Shown here piece by piece: positions 9,373 to 21,092 of a stretch of DNA of 64,000 nt; the first letter of the stretch is position 1, and every line of letters starts with the position of its first letter. Under the pieces are notes generated by a model that searched no databases, was not told the origin of the DNA, and saw only the letters and a program-made list of their open reading frames with translations. The position numbers and the translations under genes are program-made. The stretch spans positions 48,797 through 112,796 of the forward strand of contig CAWGFA010000014.1 in the NCBI GenBank assembly GCA_963821725.1, written 5' to 3'. The DNA is from an uncultured Acidimicrobiia bacterium. GTDB taxonomy: Bacteria; Actinomycetota; Acidimicrobiia; Acidimicrobiales; JACDCH01.

Positions 9373-12300
9373 GTGGACCTCTCCCTCAAACGGCTTTGGA
9401 AAACGGCGCGCGCCGCGCTCGTGATCGCACTTCTCGCCGCCGTTCCAATTGTGATCGCGACGCGCTCGGGAGCGTTCCCTCCCAACGGGCAAGGCGACCT
9501 TCAGCGCGTCTCGCTCAACACCGCGAACGGCGAGCTGGCGACCGGTGCAACACAGCCCGCCATCTCGGGCAACGGCCGCTACGTCGCGTTCACGACGCCG
9601 GAGAACAGCGCCGCGAGCAACGACACGAACGGCTCGAACGACGTGTACGTGCGGGACACGGTCGCCGGCACGACGACGCTTGTCTCCAAGTTCCAGAACA
9701 CGACCAACGGCGTGGCCGGCGACGACAGCTCACAGGCCGCGTTGTCCAACGACGGTCGGTGGGTGGCCTTCACGTCGAAGAGCACGCAGTGGGGTGGCAC
9801 GCCGTTCACGACCTCGGGCGTCTTCGTCGTCGACCGGGGAGCCCCTGCGCTCGACGGCAGCTTCCCGGCCGCGCCGGGCGCGCCCGTCCTGGTCAGCATC
9901 GCTCCGGGCACGACCACCTCGGTCGCGGGCGCAGCGGACTCACCGAGCATCTCGGCCGACGGAAGCCAGATCGCCTTCCACTTCGTGACCGGCGGTAGCA
10001 ACCGCACCGTCGTCCGTGACCGTGATCGCAACCACAACGGACTCGTCGCGGAGAACGCTCTCGACGAGGCGTCCATCGACGTCAGCAACGGTGCACCGGA
10101 CCGCAACGCACCGAAGGTCTCCGCTGACGGCAGGCACGTGGTGTTCGTCGCCACGGATCCGGCTGTGAGCGGTGGTGCACCCCGAGCAGTCGTGTACGAC
10201 CGCTCCGTCGACGGGAGGCCTGATCTCGATCAACTCGGCAACACCCGGTTCGCGGTCGCGACCACACCGGCCTTCAGCCTGACGGACGGCGACGGCAATC
10301 CCCGCCCTGACCCCTGCTGGGCACGACATCGGCGACGCCGAGCATCTCGGGCGACGGCAGCGTCGTGGTCTACGCGTACTCGCATCCGATGAAGACCCCG
10401 ACCCCGCCGGGCCGGCTGCCCAACGCGACGCTCGAGATCATCGCCGTGCACCGTGACGCGAACGGCGCCCCGATCAACCCGATCGTCGCCAGTGCCGACA
10501 CCACCAAACCGCTCGACGACAGGCGCCGGCGATCAGGACAGCGTCCGCCCGGTCGTCTCGGCGGACGGCCACTACGTGGACTTCCCGAGCTCGGCGACCA
10601 ACTTCACCTTCGCCGACGACCAAGGCGCGAGCTGCGGGACGGCCGTGACGGTGAAGCGGTGCGAGATCTATGCCGTCGACATCACCGCCGCCGAGCCCGA
10701 TCGCCGCGCCGGAGCTCGCGCTCGGAACAGTTCCTCAGCGGGAACAAGCGGAGCTTCGAGGTCGCGATCTCGGCGACCGGACAGTTCTCGGCGCTCACGT
10801 CCGACGCCACCGACTTCGTTGCTTCGAACGGCGACACGAACAACTCGCCCGACGTCTTCGTGAAGGAGTGGGAGGCGTCGCTGACGCGCCTCGTCGAGCC
10901 CGTCGCCGCTCCCGGACACGCCGGTCGGCACAACGTCGGGACCATTCACGGTGAGCGTCGACACGGAGAGCTTCGGCCCCTGGAGCGCGTCGCAAGTCAG
11001 CCTCGCCGGCGCCAATCCGGGCGACTTCACGGTCAGTCCGCAGAGCTGCACCCAACAGGTGTTCCACATCGGTCAGCCGTGCTTGGTGGCGATCACGTTC
11101 CATCCGACGGGTACCGGGCTGCGCAGCGCGGAGTTGGTGGTGACGCATGCGGGTCACGCCGTCCTGCAGGATTCGTTGCTGGTGCAGGGCGCGTCGGGGC
11201 TGCCGGCCAGCCCAGCTGTGACCGAGCGTGTGAGCCTCGGACCTCTCGGCGCCGCTGGAGTCGGGCCGACCGGCCAGATCAACGCCAACGACTCGGTGCC
11301 GGGATCGATCTCGTCCAACGGCCGGTACGTCACGTTCGTCACCACGGCGAAGCTCGACCCGGGTGACAACAACGGCAAGGAGGACGTCTACGTCCGCGAC
11401 CACCTGCGAGGAACGACCACGCTCGTGTCCGCCACCCCTGGCGGCAGCGCACCCACGGGCCCCGCGACCTTCTCGTCCTCGATCTCCGGCGACGGCCGCT
11501 ACATCGCGCTCAGCACCGTCGCGAAGCTGACGACCGATCCCGCCGACAACCACACGGATCGTCCGGCCGTCTACGTGCTCGACCGTGGACCGGCCGACGC
11601 GAACGGCGACTTCACCGGTGCGCCGGTGATGCACGTCGTGGGCCAGTCCGCGGCTGCCGCAGAGTGCGATCCCGACATCTCGGGTGACGGCTCGCAGGTG
11701 ACGTACTGGACCTCGACTCCGCTCCAGCCGCTACCAGCCGGCCAAGTCATCCCCTGCAGCGAGTCCAACATCACCCAGGCGGTCGTCGTCGACGAGGACG
11801 GCAACGGCAACGGCATACCGTACGAGCCGGGCGATGCGCTGGAGACCGAGCTGACGGTGCCGAACGTCGACTTCAATCAGTCGCGTCTGCCACGGATCTC
11901 GGCGGACGGTCTCCACGTCGTCTTCGAAGCCAACGAACTGTTCGCCTTTCCCGAGGATTCAACCGCGACCGAAGCATGGGTGTACGACCGTCGGATCACC
12001 GGGTCCGGCGCCAAGGATGCACCAGGCAACACTCGGTACGTGCTGGCGACAACCGGCGCGTTCACGCCGCTCGTGGCCGGGGACAACCGGTTGAGTCCGC
12101 TCCAGAACACGCTCACATCCGATCCGGTCGTGAGCGGCGACGGCTCGGTGATCGCGTACGACTTCCGCTACAGCAATTCGTTCGAACCACCGCCCGGCAC
12201 GCCGCTGGTGCTCAACAGCCCGCTCCCCGCGGACGACGACCAGATCCTGTTCGTCCGTCGCGACGCCGCGGGCAACATCGTCTCGAGCGACGATCGCATC

Positions 12301-13742
12301 CGAGGCTGGGCAGCAACCCGCCGGCCATCGGCAGCAACAACTCCCGCAATCCCGACGTCAGCGACGACGGGCGCTACGTCGCGTTCGACACGACCGCCAG
12401 GAACCTCCTGCCGAACGAGCCCGGCGACTGCGACGGGCCTGTGCACGGTCGCGGTCGTCGTCGACATCGACGCGCCAGGCCACGCCGGCGCGCCACAGTT
12501 GCTCGGACCGACTGCCGATCCAGGCAATGCGACCGGGATGCCCAGGGACGGCGAGTTCGGCACGGCGTTGTCGGGCGATGGACGGTTCGCCGTCTTCGGC
12601 TCGTTCGGCAGCGACCTGCTTCCGCCCGGCGCCGACACGAACAACCACGACGATGTCTTCCTGCACGAGCTGCGCCCGGTGGATCCGCCCATCCCGGCGA
12701 ACGTCGACTTCGGCGACGTCCCCGTCGGCAACGCGTCGCCGGCGTCGTTGGTGCAGTTCACGACCAACGACTTCGGACCTGCGCCGGTCCTCGGCCTTTC
12801 CCTCGTCGGCGCCAACCCGGGCGACTTCAACATCTTGGGTACCACCAACTGCTCGCCACCGTTGCCCGGACGCGCCGGCGGCCAACGTCGCGGCCGTGCC
12901 GAACTACGCGATCCTCCATCTCGACACGCCGTGCGTCGTCTCGGTGAACTTCACGCCGACGGCCTTCGGCACTCGCACCGCGACACTCCGGCTCGTCACC
13001 GGTACTCCCTTCCCGGCCAGCAACCCCGAAGGCCTCGCGATCCCGGCGGGGACACCGCCTTCTCGGATCACGACGGACGTGTCACTCGTGGGCGGACCGG
13101 GCGCGCCTGCGTTCCAGGTCGCTCCGGTGCCGCTCGACTTCGGTCTGCAGACGCTCGGACAGCTCACACCCGACCGGCCGCTGACCGTCACGAACGTGGG
13201 CGGCAATCCCTTCGTGATCTCCGGCGTGACACTGACCGGCGCCAACCCCGGTGACTTCACGATCACGTCGGATCTGTGCAGCGGCGTCGTGGTGAACCCG
13301 CTCGCCACCTGCGTGGTGCGGGTCGCGTTCCACTCGACCGGCGCCGGGCGACCGGTCGGCGTTCGTGCAGTTCGTCGACACGGCGGGAGGTTCGCCACAC
13401 CTCGCGCCGCTCATGGGTCGAACGCCGACGCTCGCCGTGAATCCCGGTGTCGCCGCGCCAGGGCGAACGGTTGACGTCATCGGCACGAGCTGGCTGCCGG
13501 GACAAGCGGTTGCATTGACGACGGTCGACACGCGCGACCCGACGCACGTGTTCTCCGAGTCACGCATCGCCATCGCTGACGGCACGGGCAACTTCCGGGT
13601 CGTCATGGTGATGTTCCCGAAGACGACCCCTGGATCGAGGTTCGTCATCGGCACTGGTCTGGCCCCGACGGCTACGGCGCGGGCATCGCTGTTGGTTGCG
13701 TTCGCGACGAGCCAGGCCCCGAACTTCCTCACGAGGGGCTGA
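9373..13742 (+). pseudogene. giant secreted/anchored protein: PD40 (TolB-like) beta-propeller repeats + choice-of-anchor-D/ASH-like modules
   Basis: Stitched from track ORFs 9373..10392, 10365..11366, 10453..10863, 10951..13254, 11976..12947, 12527..13474 and 13365..13742 (>=8 frame changes). N-terminal anchor ALVIALLAAVPIVIA. Repeated S.DGR.VAF.S...D.N...DV(Y/F)V.D motifs. Three GANPGDF(T/N)...C...V.F.P modules. RBS AGGAGAGC before GTG 9373. Confidence 0.65.
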
Positions 13743-13810
13743 CCGGTGGAGCGAAGAGGTCAGGACAACACATGAGCAGGACAAGGGCGAATGAAATCGA
13801 GGTACGCCGG

Positions 13811-14438
13811 ATGAGGCATCGCATTCCCACGTACGTGTACGCAACCGACCAGCTCTCCGAGGCCGGCATCGTGTCGAGGTTGCGTCCGCAGCCCGAAGTC
13901 GATCTCGTCGCCGAAGACGAGATCGACCGGGCCGTCGTCGGCGTCGTCGTCGCCGACTTCGGTCGACGCGGACGTCATACGCGTCATCCGAAGCATCCAA
14001 CACCTCGGTTGCTCCCGAGTCGCGATCGTCGTCCCCGACCCCGACGACACCGTGATCCTCACGTTGCTCGAGGCGGGCGTGTGCGGAATCCTCCGCCGCG
14101 CCGAAGCATCGGCCACGTCGCTGGTCACGCTCGTCGAGTCGGCGGCCCGCGGCGAGGGCTCGCTGCCGCCCGACATGCTCGGCCGGCTGTTGCATCAGGT
14201 CGGCCAACTGCAACGTCAGGTCCTCGCGCCGCGCGGGCTGACGATGACCGGACTCACCGAGCGCGAGATCGACGTGCTCCGCCTCGTGGCCGAAGGGTTC
14301 GACACCGAGGAGATCTCCAAGAAGCTCGCCTACTCGCAACGCACGATCAAGACCGTGATCCACGACGTCACGACGCGCCTCTGCCTGCGCAACCGCACGC
14401 ACGCGGTGGCCTGGGCCTTGCGCGAAGGCCTGATCTAA
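13811..14438 (+). pseudogene. LuxR/GerE-family transcriptional regulator with receiver-like N-terminal half, one frame change
   Basis: HTH LTEREIDVLRLVAEGFDTEEISKKLAYSQRTIKTVIHDV in track ORF 14052..14438. N-terminal half MRHRIPTYVYATDQLSEAGIV...VVVAD is in the 13772 frame. Switch at ~13965. Confidence 0.7.
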
Positions 14439-14447
14439 CCCGTCCTC

Positions 14448-14475
14448 CGTGTGCAACGCCCGGGCGTTGACCACC
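14448..14475. repeat. dispersed palindromic repeat, family A (single copy)
   Basis: CGTGTGCAACGCCCGGGCGTTGACCACC lies between convergent gene ends (14438 + / 14508 -). It resembles the 35-bp unit at 35989..36023. Confidence 0.45.
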
Positions 14476-14507
14476 GCTGGGGCGGTGAGCGTCCGGGCGG
14501 CGCTCCG

Positions 14508-16207
14508 CTACTTCTCCGCGAAGAGCTCGATCTCGGAGATCGCCACCGGCGGAGGCGGGGTCCCGATCGCCTGGTAGGTCGACACGATGTGGATCTCGAC
14601 CTGCGTGATGCCGTGACCGTTGCGAGATGCCGACCTTCTGTGGATCGGGCGCGTCCTTCAGGTCGATGTCCGACGTCTTCCCGGTGTTGAACACGAGGTG
14701 GAGCTTCTGCGCTCGACTGAACTGGGCGAACGAGTCGCGAGCGCCGTTCTGGATGATGGCCTTGTCGAGATCGACGGTTTGCCCACCGAAGGTCAGCACG
14801 AGGACGGGTTCGCCGTTGCCCGCAGGCGCCACCCAGAACGTGTTGCCCGCGTGATCGATGGCGTTCGTCGCCGGGTTCTCCGGTGTCTGCGTCGTCGCCA
14901 ACGCGCGCCGCCGGGTTCACGGGGACGAACTGTTGCGTCGTGTAGTCGTTCCACTTGTCCTTGACCGGCTGGACGAACGTGTCTTGGGCCCAGTTGCGGA
15001 GCGGCGGGAGCAACGCGAGCGCGGCCACGATGACGATCGCCGCGGTGGTGACGACCTTGCGCAGGGCGAGCATCGTCTCCTGGCCGAACTTCTTCTTGGC
15101 CTTGACGCCGGCCTTGCCCGGACGCTCTCCGACCTCGAGCTGCTTCACCTTCTTCTGTGGCCACAGCCGCTTCCACCACGGCCGCTTGACGACTTCAGCG
15201 CTGACGAGCGACTCGCCGCAACGACTGCAGAACTTCCGGGCCGGCGGGTTGCCTTCCCCGCACTCGCCGCAGATGAGGTCGCCCGGCTGCAGCCGGCGCG
15301 TCGGCTTGGTCTTCTGGATCGTCCGCGTCGCCTTGCGCGGCGCGGCCGGCTGCATGGCGTCGGGCTGCGCCGGCTCCGGCTTCGTGGGCGCGGTCGCGGC
15401 CTCGTCGAACGTCGGCTCGGGAGCCGACGACACGTTTCCGGCGACTCGGGCAGCGCCGGCGGCGGCTTCGCGACCGGCACCGCGAGGGCGGCCGACCATC
15501 GGAGCCTCCGCCGGCAGCGCAGGACCCGGTGGACCGGTGGCCCGGGCGGCACCGGCGGACCCGGAGGACCGGGCGGGCCACCCGTCGGCGGACCGGGCGG
15601 ACCAGGAGGACCGCCCCGGCGGCCATCGGCGGACCCGGAGGCCCAGGCGGACCAGCGACGGGCCGACCCGGCGGACCCGGAGGACCACCCACCGGCGGCC
15701 TCGGCGGACCCGGCGGCCCAGGCGGGCCACCGATCCCGGAGGACCCGGGGGACCCGGAGGACCACCACCCGGCGGCACCGGGCGGACCCGGAGGCCCGGG
15801 CGGGCCACCCACGGCGGACCTGGAGGACCTGGAGGTCCCGGTGGACCCGGCGGGCCCACCCCCGGCGGACCCGGAGGCCCCGGCGGACCCATCCCGGAGG
15901 ACCCGGCGGCCCCGGCGGTCCCGGCGGTCCCGGTGGCCCCGGTGGTCCCGGCGGCCGCCCGGCGGCCCTCCGGGACCGCCCGCTCCGGCGCGGCCGGACG
16001 ATCGCCGACATCGAGGTACGCCAGGCTGGTGATGCGTTGCAGCAGCGACTTCTTCTTCGGCTCCTCTGCCTCGAGCTGTTCCGCGGTCGGCACATCGACC
16101 TTCGGCGGCACGATCTTCTCGCCGGTGAACTCGAGGAACGAACCACACGTTCCGCAGAACGTGTCGGTGTCGCCGTTGTGGAACCCGCACTTGCGGCACA
16201 CGATCAT
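14508..16207 (-). pseudogene. double Zn-ribbon / (Gly-Pro-Pro)n / single-TM / C-terminal discoidin-like domain protein, coupled to the baseplate operon
   Basis: Stitched from track ORFs 14435..16237 and 14368..14901 plus a third frame for the C-terminus (NGHGITQVEIHIVSTYQAIGTPPPPVAISEIELFAEK*, TAG at 14508). Zn ribbons: CRKCGFHNGDTDTFCGTCG and CGECGEGNPPARKFCSRCG. TM helix VVTTAAIVIVAALALLPPL. ATG 16207 overlaps the TGA of track ORF 16204..16656, one of the frames stitched into the upstream gpI-like gene (ATGA). Confidence 0.6.
15520..15965 (-). repeat. coding Gly-Pro-Pro (collagen-like) tandem triplet repeat
   Basis: The minus strand reads long runs of [10 protein letters not shown]. All three minus-strand frames (track ORFs 14435..16237, 15145..16146, 15195..16199) alternate between GPP runs and Arg-rich text, so the true frame changes several times. 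Confidence 0.6.
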
Positions 16208-16745
16208 CGCCGCAACGACCTCCACCCGATGAACCACGTGGGCCGGCTTCGCCTGTATGACGATGCGGTCCAGTGCAGCTTCGTTGATCGCGTCGGGGTC
16301 GTCGACCTCGACGCGTACCGCGACACGCGGCGCGGGCTCGCCCGGGAAGTCGCCGCCCGGGTCTGCGATGCGGCGACCGCGCCGTTGTCGACCACGGTCA
16401 CCATCACCGCCGGTGAGAAGGCCGACGTGACGCGTCGAGTCCAGCGATCGTGCCTCGATGCCGGAACAGCTCGACGGCGTTCGCGATCGCGTCGCGCCGG
16501 CGCTCGACCGGCCAGCTCTCGTCGAGGAGGATGCCGACCCAGCCTCCGAGCCAGTCGAGGAAGTCGCTCGGCGCCATGGCCGGATCGATGTAGTACTCGA
16601 GGCAATCGAGCGTCGCCATCGCCGGCGCGATCACGTCGTCGAGCCCGCGGCACCACTCCATCGTGAAGAGGTCCTCTTGGTAGATCGCGGGCAGCATCTC
16701 GCCGATCGACAACGGCATCTCGACGCCGGGCATCACACCGCGCAT
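16204..16745 (-). pseudogene. phage tail protein I-like baseplate wedge protein (TIGR02242-type)
   Basis: Track ORF 16404..16745: LPAIYQEDLFTMEWCRGLDDVIAPAMATLDCLEYYIDPAMAPSDFLDWLGGWVGILLDESWPVERRRDAIANAVELFRHRGTIAGL. The C-terminal part (VEVDDPDAINEAALDRIVIQAKPAHVVHRVEVV) is in other frames. ATG 16745 overlaps the upstream stop (TGATG). The 3' end is uncertain. Confidence 0.6.
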
Positions 16746-18714
16746 CAGCGTTGCTCCACCTGGATCTGGTGGTCGAACGAGAAGACGAGGCTCGCGGGCG
16801 TCAACTCGATCCGCTGCGTGGCCTCGCCGCGCTCACGCGTCACCGGGTTCGCGCCGTACACGCGCACGTCGTTGACGATGTCGACGCCTCGCACTTGCTG
16901 GAGGACACCGAAGATGTCACCGGCCTGCACGTCGCGGCCCCACACCCAGCCTTCGCCCGCGGCACCGCCGACGAGCGGGTTGAGGTAGCGGAACAAGGCT
17001 CGTCAGGCAGTCCTCCTCGACCCGGCTCACACTGGCACGCGGCGCGGCGACGACGCGAGCGACCACGGTGACTCCCTGGTACATCGGCGGTTCGACCAGC
17101 ACCCTGGTTCCGATCAGGCGAGCCTCGTCGAGGCGATCGGAGACCTTCCGCAACGTCTCTTCGGACAGCAGGAGCTGGTCGAACTCGATCCCGACGGGAT
17201 CGGACGCACTGGCGGGAACCAGCAAGACCTTGACCGAGCCCGCATCGGGACCTTCGCCCGCGGTCAAGCACTTCACACGCGCCACTTCCGGCGCGGCCTG
17301 CTTCGTCAACAGCTCGTAGTCCTCCGCGGTCACCGCGCGGCTCCGCGTCCGCAACACGATCGGCCCGCGGCCCTTCGCCTCCTCGAGCGTCTCTCCGTCG
17401 ACGCCACCTTGGGCTGGCTCGCGGTTCTCGACCCGCGACACGTAGGGAATCGCGGTCCGCAAGACGCGTGATCGTTCGGCGAGCCACGTTGCCTCCGGAG
17501 CCGCCGCCGACGGTGTACATCGCCATGCGCATGTCGATGCCTTTCGGAGGCACCCAGCCGTACTGGTCGTACGTGCCGTCGAGCCTGACGCACGGCGGGC
17601 CCGAGCGTGATCTCACCGTGTACGGGATCGAACGTGTAGTGACGGTCGTCGGGTCCGCTGTCCGCGAACTCGGAGACCTCGGTCCACTCCTCCCAGCCGT
17701 CATCGGAGCTGCTCTCGAGCACGACGGGGCCGCCGCCGGCAAGGACCGGAGCGCGAAGCGTCCGGAAGTGCTGACCGGGCGTGCCGTCGGACGCGCCGAG
17801 CGCTTCGTTGCGAACGAGCTCCGCGTGCACGGCGTCGGTCGTTCCGCCGACCGTCGACGCGCTCAGACCGTGAATGAGCGGTGACGAGGTGTACGACGGC
17901 TGCCCGGACTCTGCTTCGACGACCCGTGCCCGCAGGTAGCCCCCTCGTTCCTCGCGGAACACCGACACGACGTGTGTCCGCGGCACGTGCAGGACGATCT
18001 GTCCGTCGCGGTTCAAGCCACCGGTGTCGTCGTGGTCGACCTCACACGCGTCCCACGCCGTGCCGTTCCATGCCTCCCAGACCAGCGGCGGGTTGTCGGG
18101 ATCCACGCCGACACCGTCGATGTGACACGTCACCTGCAGCGCGACCGCGCAACTCGGCACCGCTTCGCTCAAGGCGAGGTACAGGCAGTCGCCGACCTCG
18201 GGCGTCGTTTGGAACGCGGCGAACTGCGACGCGAGCTTGACCTGATCGGTGCGATCGTCCCACTCGTCGTCACTCGTCGGGTTGGTCGCGTCCGCGCCCG
18301 CCGGTCGCGACTGCGTCGAGCTTGCACGGGATGATCCGCAGCTCCTCCACGGTGGCGAACACGATGGCGTCGTCGATGTCGGTCCGCACCGTCGACACCT
18401 CGGTGCCCGGCTGGATCGGGATGATGCTCACCGCCGGCGTGGCGAGCCAGAACGTGACGGGCACACGTGCCGGCGTCGGCGGCAGCAGCCGAACGCCGAT
18501 CAGCTCGAGGAACTTGATGTAGAGCCGGTCGGGCACGCGGTTCAAGCCGGTACAGCAGCTGATCGGTCATGAACGCGAAGGTCTCGATCAACGTCACGCC
18601 CGGATCGGAGACGTTGTGGTCCGTCCACTCGGGGCAACGGCGCTGCACGAGTCGCTTCGCGTCGTCGACGAGGTCCTGGAACCGGCGATCGTCGAGGTTC
18701 GGTGCAGGAAGCAT
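16745..18714 (-). pseudogene. Baseplate_J-like baseplate assembly protein (Afp11/gp6-like, TIGR02243-type)
   Basis: MLPAPNLDDRRFQDLVDDAKRLVQRRCPEWTDHNVSDPGVTLIETFAFMTDQLLYRL (18169..18897 frame), then pieces in 18270..18545, 17330..18172, 16917..17462 (AVTAEDYELLTKQAAPEVARVKC) and 16745..16996. At least 5 frame changes. Confidence 0.75.
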
Positions 18715-19120
18715 CAGTAGTCGGTCCCGTCTTCGGGGATCGTGTAGAAGGGGAAGACCAGGTTGCGGCGGTCGTTCGTGTCGAGCGGCTGGTACTCGAT
18801 GTCGATCAGCAGCTTGCTGCCGTCGTCCCCGTCCCGTGATCACGCGGACGTTCTTGACCTCGACTCGCGGCTCCCATCGCAGGATGGACGTTCGCACCTC
18901 GAGCGAGAGTCCGGCGATGGAGTCGTGTCCGAGCCTCGGAACACCCAGTCGCGTACGCGGGAGCCGAACTCGGGCGCATCGGTCGCTCGCCCGGATAGGT
19001 CGCGAGGATCAGACGTATCGCCTCTTCGAGCTCCTGCTCGCGACGCACGAGCGCGATGCCGCCACGGCTGTTCGTCCGCAGTGGAAACGCCCAACCGGCG
19101 CCGATGTAGTCGTCGTGCAC
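18714..19120 (-). pseudogene. GPW/gp25-like baseplate wedge protein
   Basis: MHDDYIGAGWAFPLRTNSRGGIALVRREQELEEAIRLILATYPGERPMRP / EFGSRVRDWVF / EVRTSILRWEPRVEVKNVRVITG / DDGSKLLIDIEYQPLDTNDRRNLVFPFYTIPEDGTDY*, spread over at least 3 frames. One switch sits at the C4 run 18827-18830. Confidence 0.75.
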
Positions 19121-19130
19121 GCTCGCTCCG

Positions 19131-21091
19131 TCAGTTGAGCCCGAGAGGGTTGCCCTTGATGGTGGCGGGCCCGGTGCTCTCCACGCTCACCATCGCTCCC
19201 TTGAGCTGAAGTTGTTGTTGCGCCTCGATCGAGATGGTTGGCGCCTTCAGCGATGATCTGTCCGGCGCCCGGCGTCGTCGATTCGATCGTGATCGCACCC
19301 ATGTCGTCCATCGAGAGCGTGCAGCCACCGGCCGCGCCGTTCACCTGGATCTCGATCTTCTTGCCGACCGGCTGCTTCATGTCGAGGTTGATCTTGAGCT
19401 TGCCGTCCTTGTCCTCGATCCTCATGCCGGTCTTCTGCTTCGGAATGGCGTCGGTCGGATCGGGAGTCGGATCCTCGGTGAACACCAACTTGTGGCCGTC
19501 ACGCGAGTACGAAGCCGCGCTCCGCGACCTTGCCCATGGTGACGCCGGGGACCGGAACCTTCTTCGAGTCCTTCGGATTCGACAGCCCGCCGACGACGTA
19601 CGGCCGGCGGATGTCGCCGAACTCGAACGCGACGAGCACCTCGTCGTCGGGCTTCGGAGATGAGCATCCACCCGCCCTTCTTGCCCATCCCGACTTGCAT
19701 GACGCGACACCAGTCGGACACGTAGTTGTCGGCCAACCACGGGAACGCGAGGCGAACTCGTGCCTTCGCTGTTCGGGTCGTTGTTGTCGACGACGATCGC
19801 CGGCACCACGCCCTCGATGCGGGGCGGCGACGCGGCGCCGGCGTTGCTCTGTCCCATCGAAGCCAGACCCGAGCAAGCGAGCGCTCCTGCCGGCCGCTCA
19901 CGATGAATTGGGTGAGGTACGAAGACTCGAACGGGTCGTCCTCGTCGAAGACGTGCCGGGCGTTGGTGACGACCCACTTGCCCGAGAAGTAGCCGGGCGT
20001 GTTCTCGATCTTGACCGTCGATGCCCGCCTGCACCAACGGATTGCCCTCGCACGTGCCTTCTGCTTCCGCGAAGGTCGAGCCGACGTGCTCGGCCACGCT
20101 CTTCGCCATCCCGTCGGCTTCGCCCGTGCTGCCGAGTGGTCGATCGACGATCGCGTACACGTCACCGTTCACCGACGTCGGGAGCGCTTCTTTGCACGCC
20201 CCAGTCGATGCTCGCGCCGGTCCCTGGGATCAGCACCGGAATCGGGATGTCGGGGATTCGCGGTGGCAACATGAACTTGTCGTAGAGATCCGACGCGCCG
20301 TCGACGTCGTCGAGGTCGACTTGCTTCGTGTCCGCTCGACTCCCGGCTGACGATCGCTTCCTTGTTGCTGGAGTCCCACGCACGGACCATCACCTTCGGC
20401 ACCTGACCGCAGCCGGTGACCCGCGGCCGGAAGCGGAGCAGGTTGTCGCCGGCGGTGAGCTCGGCGGACCGCCCGGGAAGCGGGAAGATGCCGAGCGATC
20501 ATCGGCGTGTCGCTCGTGGTCTTCGGCTTGCGGAAGACGAACGAGCCTTGGACGACACCGAAGTCGAACCCGTTCTCGGCGGCGCGGCACTTCAGGAACT
20601 CCCAGTCGGTCTGGTTGAACTGCGCGACCGCGTCGTGCACGCCGGTGGTCGAGTCGATCTGCGGTGGCGCGGTGACCAAGCCGTACTTCAGGGCCATCTG
20701 CTGGGCGATGTCGGAGTCCTTCATGTTGCGGTAGACGTAGGTACGACGCACACGTTGCATGCGGTGCGCCTTCTCGTAGCCGCGGACGTCGTGTAGGCAG
20801 ACGTTGCGGTCGATGTCGGCTTCGATCGCGGTGACCTCGCCCTCGATGAGCGCCGGCGCGTCAGCTCGAGTCGTCGGCGCCGCCCCAGATCTTCACCGAC
20901 GTACCGATGTCGATCATGTTGTTGGCGAGCACACCACCTTCGTCGAGGAAGGTGATCTCGAACATGTCCGGAAGGTGCACGTGCGTGTCGACGACGACGC
21001 GACGCATCGTTGGGCTCGACCATCGGGTGCAACGGTCGACCTCCGCCGGGGCACCCTACGGCCCGACCTTGACCTGCGCACGGACCGCCAT
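19131..21091 (-). pseudogene. gpD/VgrG-like spike protein
   Basis: VVDTHVHLPDMFEITFLDE...IEGEVTAIEADIDRN...YRNMKDSDIAQQMALKYGLV (20230..20760), VPAIVVDNNDPNSEG / RVRLAFPWLADNYVSDWCRVMQ / DDEVLVAFEFGDIRRPYVVGGL, and C-terminal beta-helix-like ISIEAQQQLQLKGAMVSVESTGPATIKGNPLGLN* (19131..19328). Many frame changes. Confidence 0.75.
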
Positions 21092-21092
21092 G

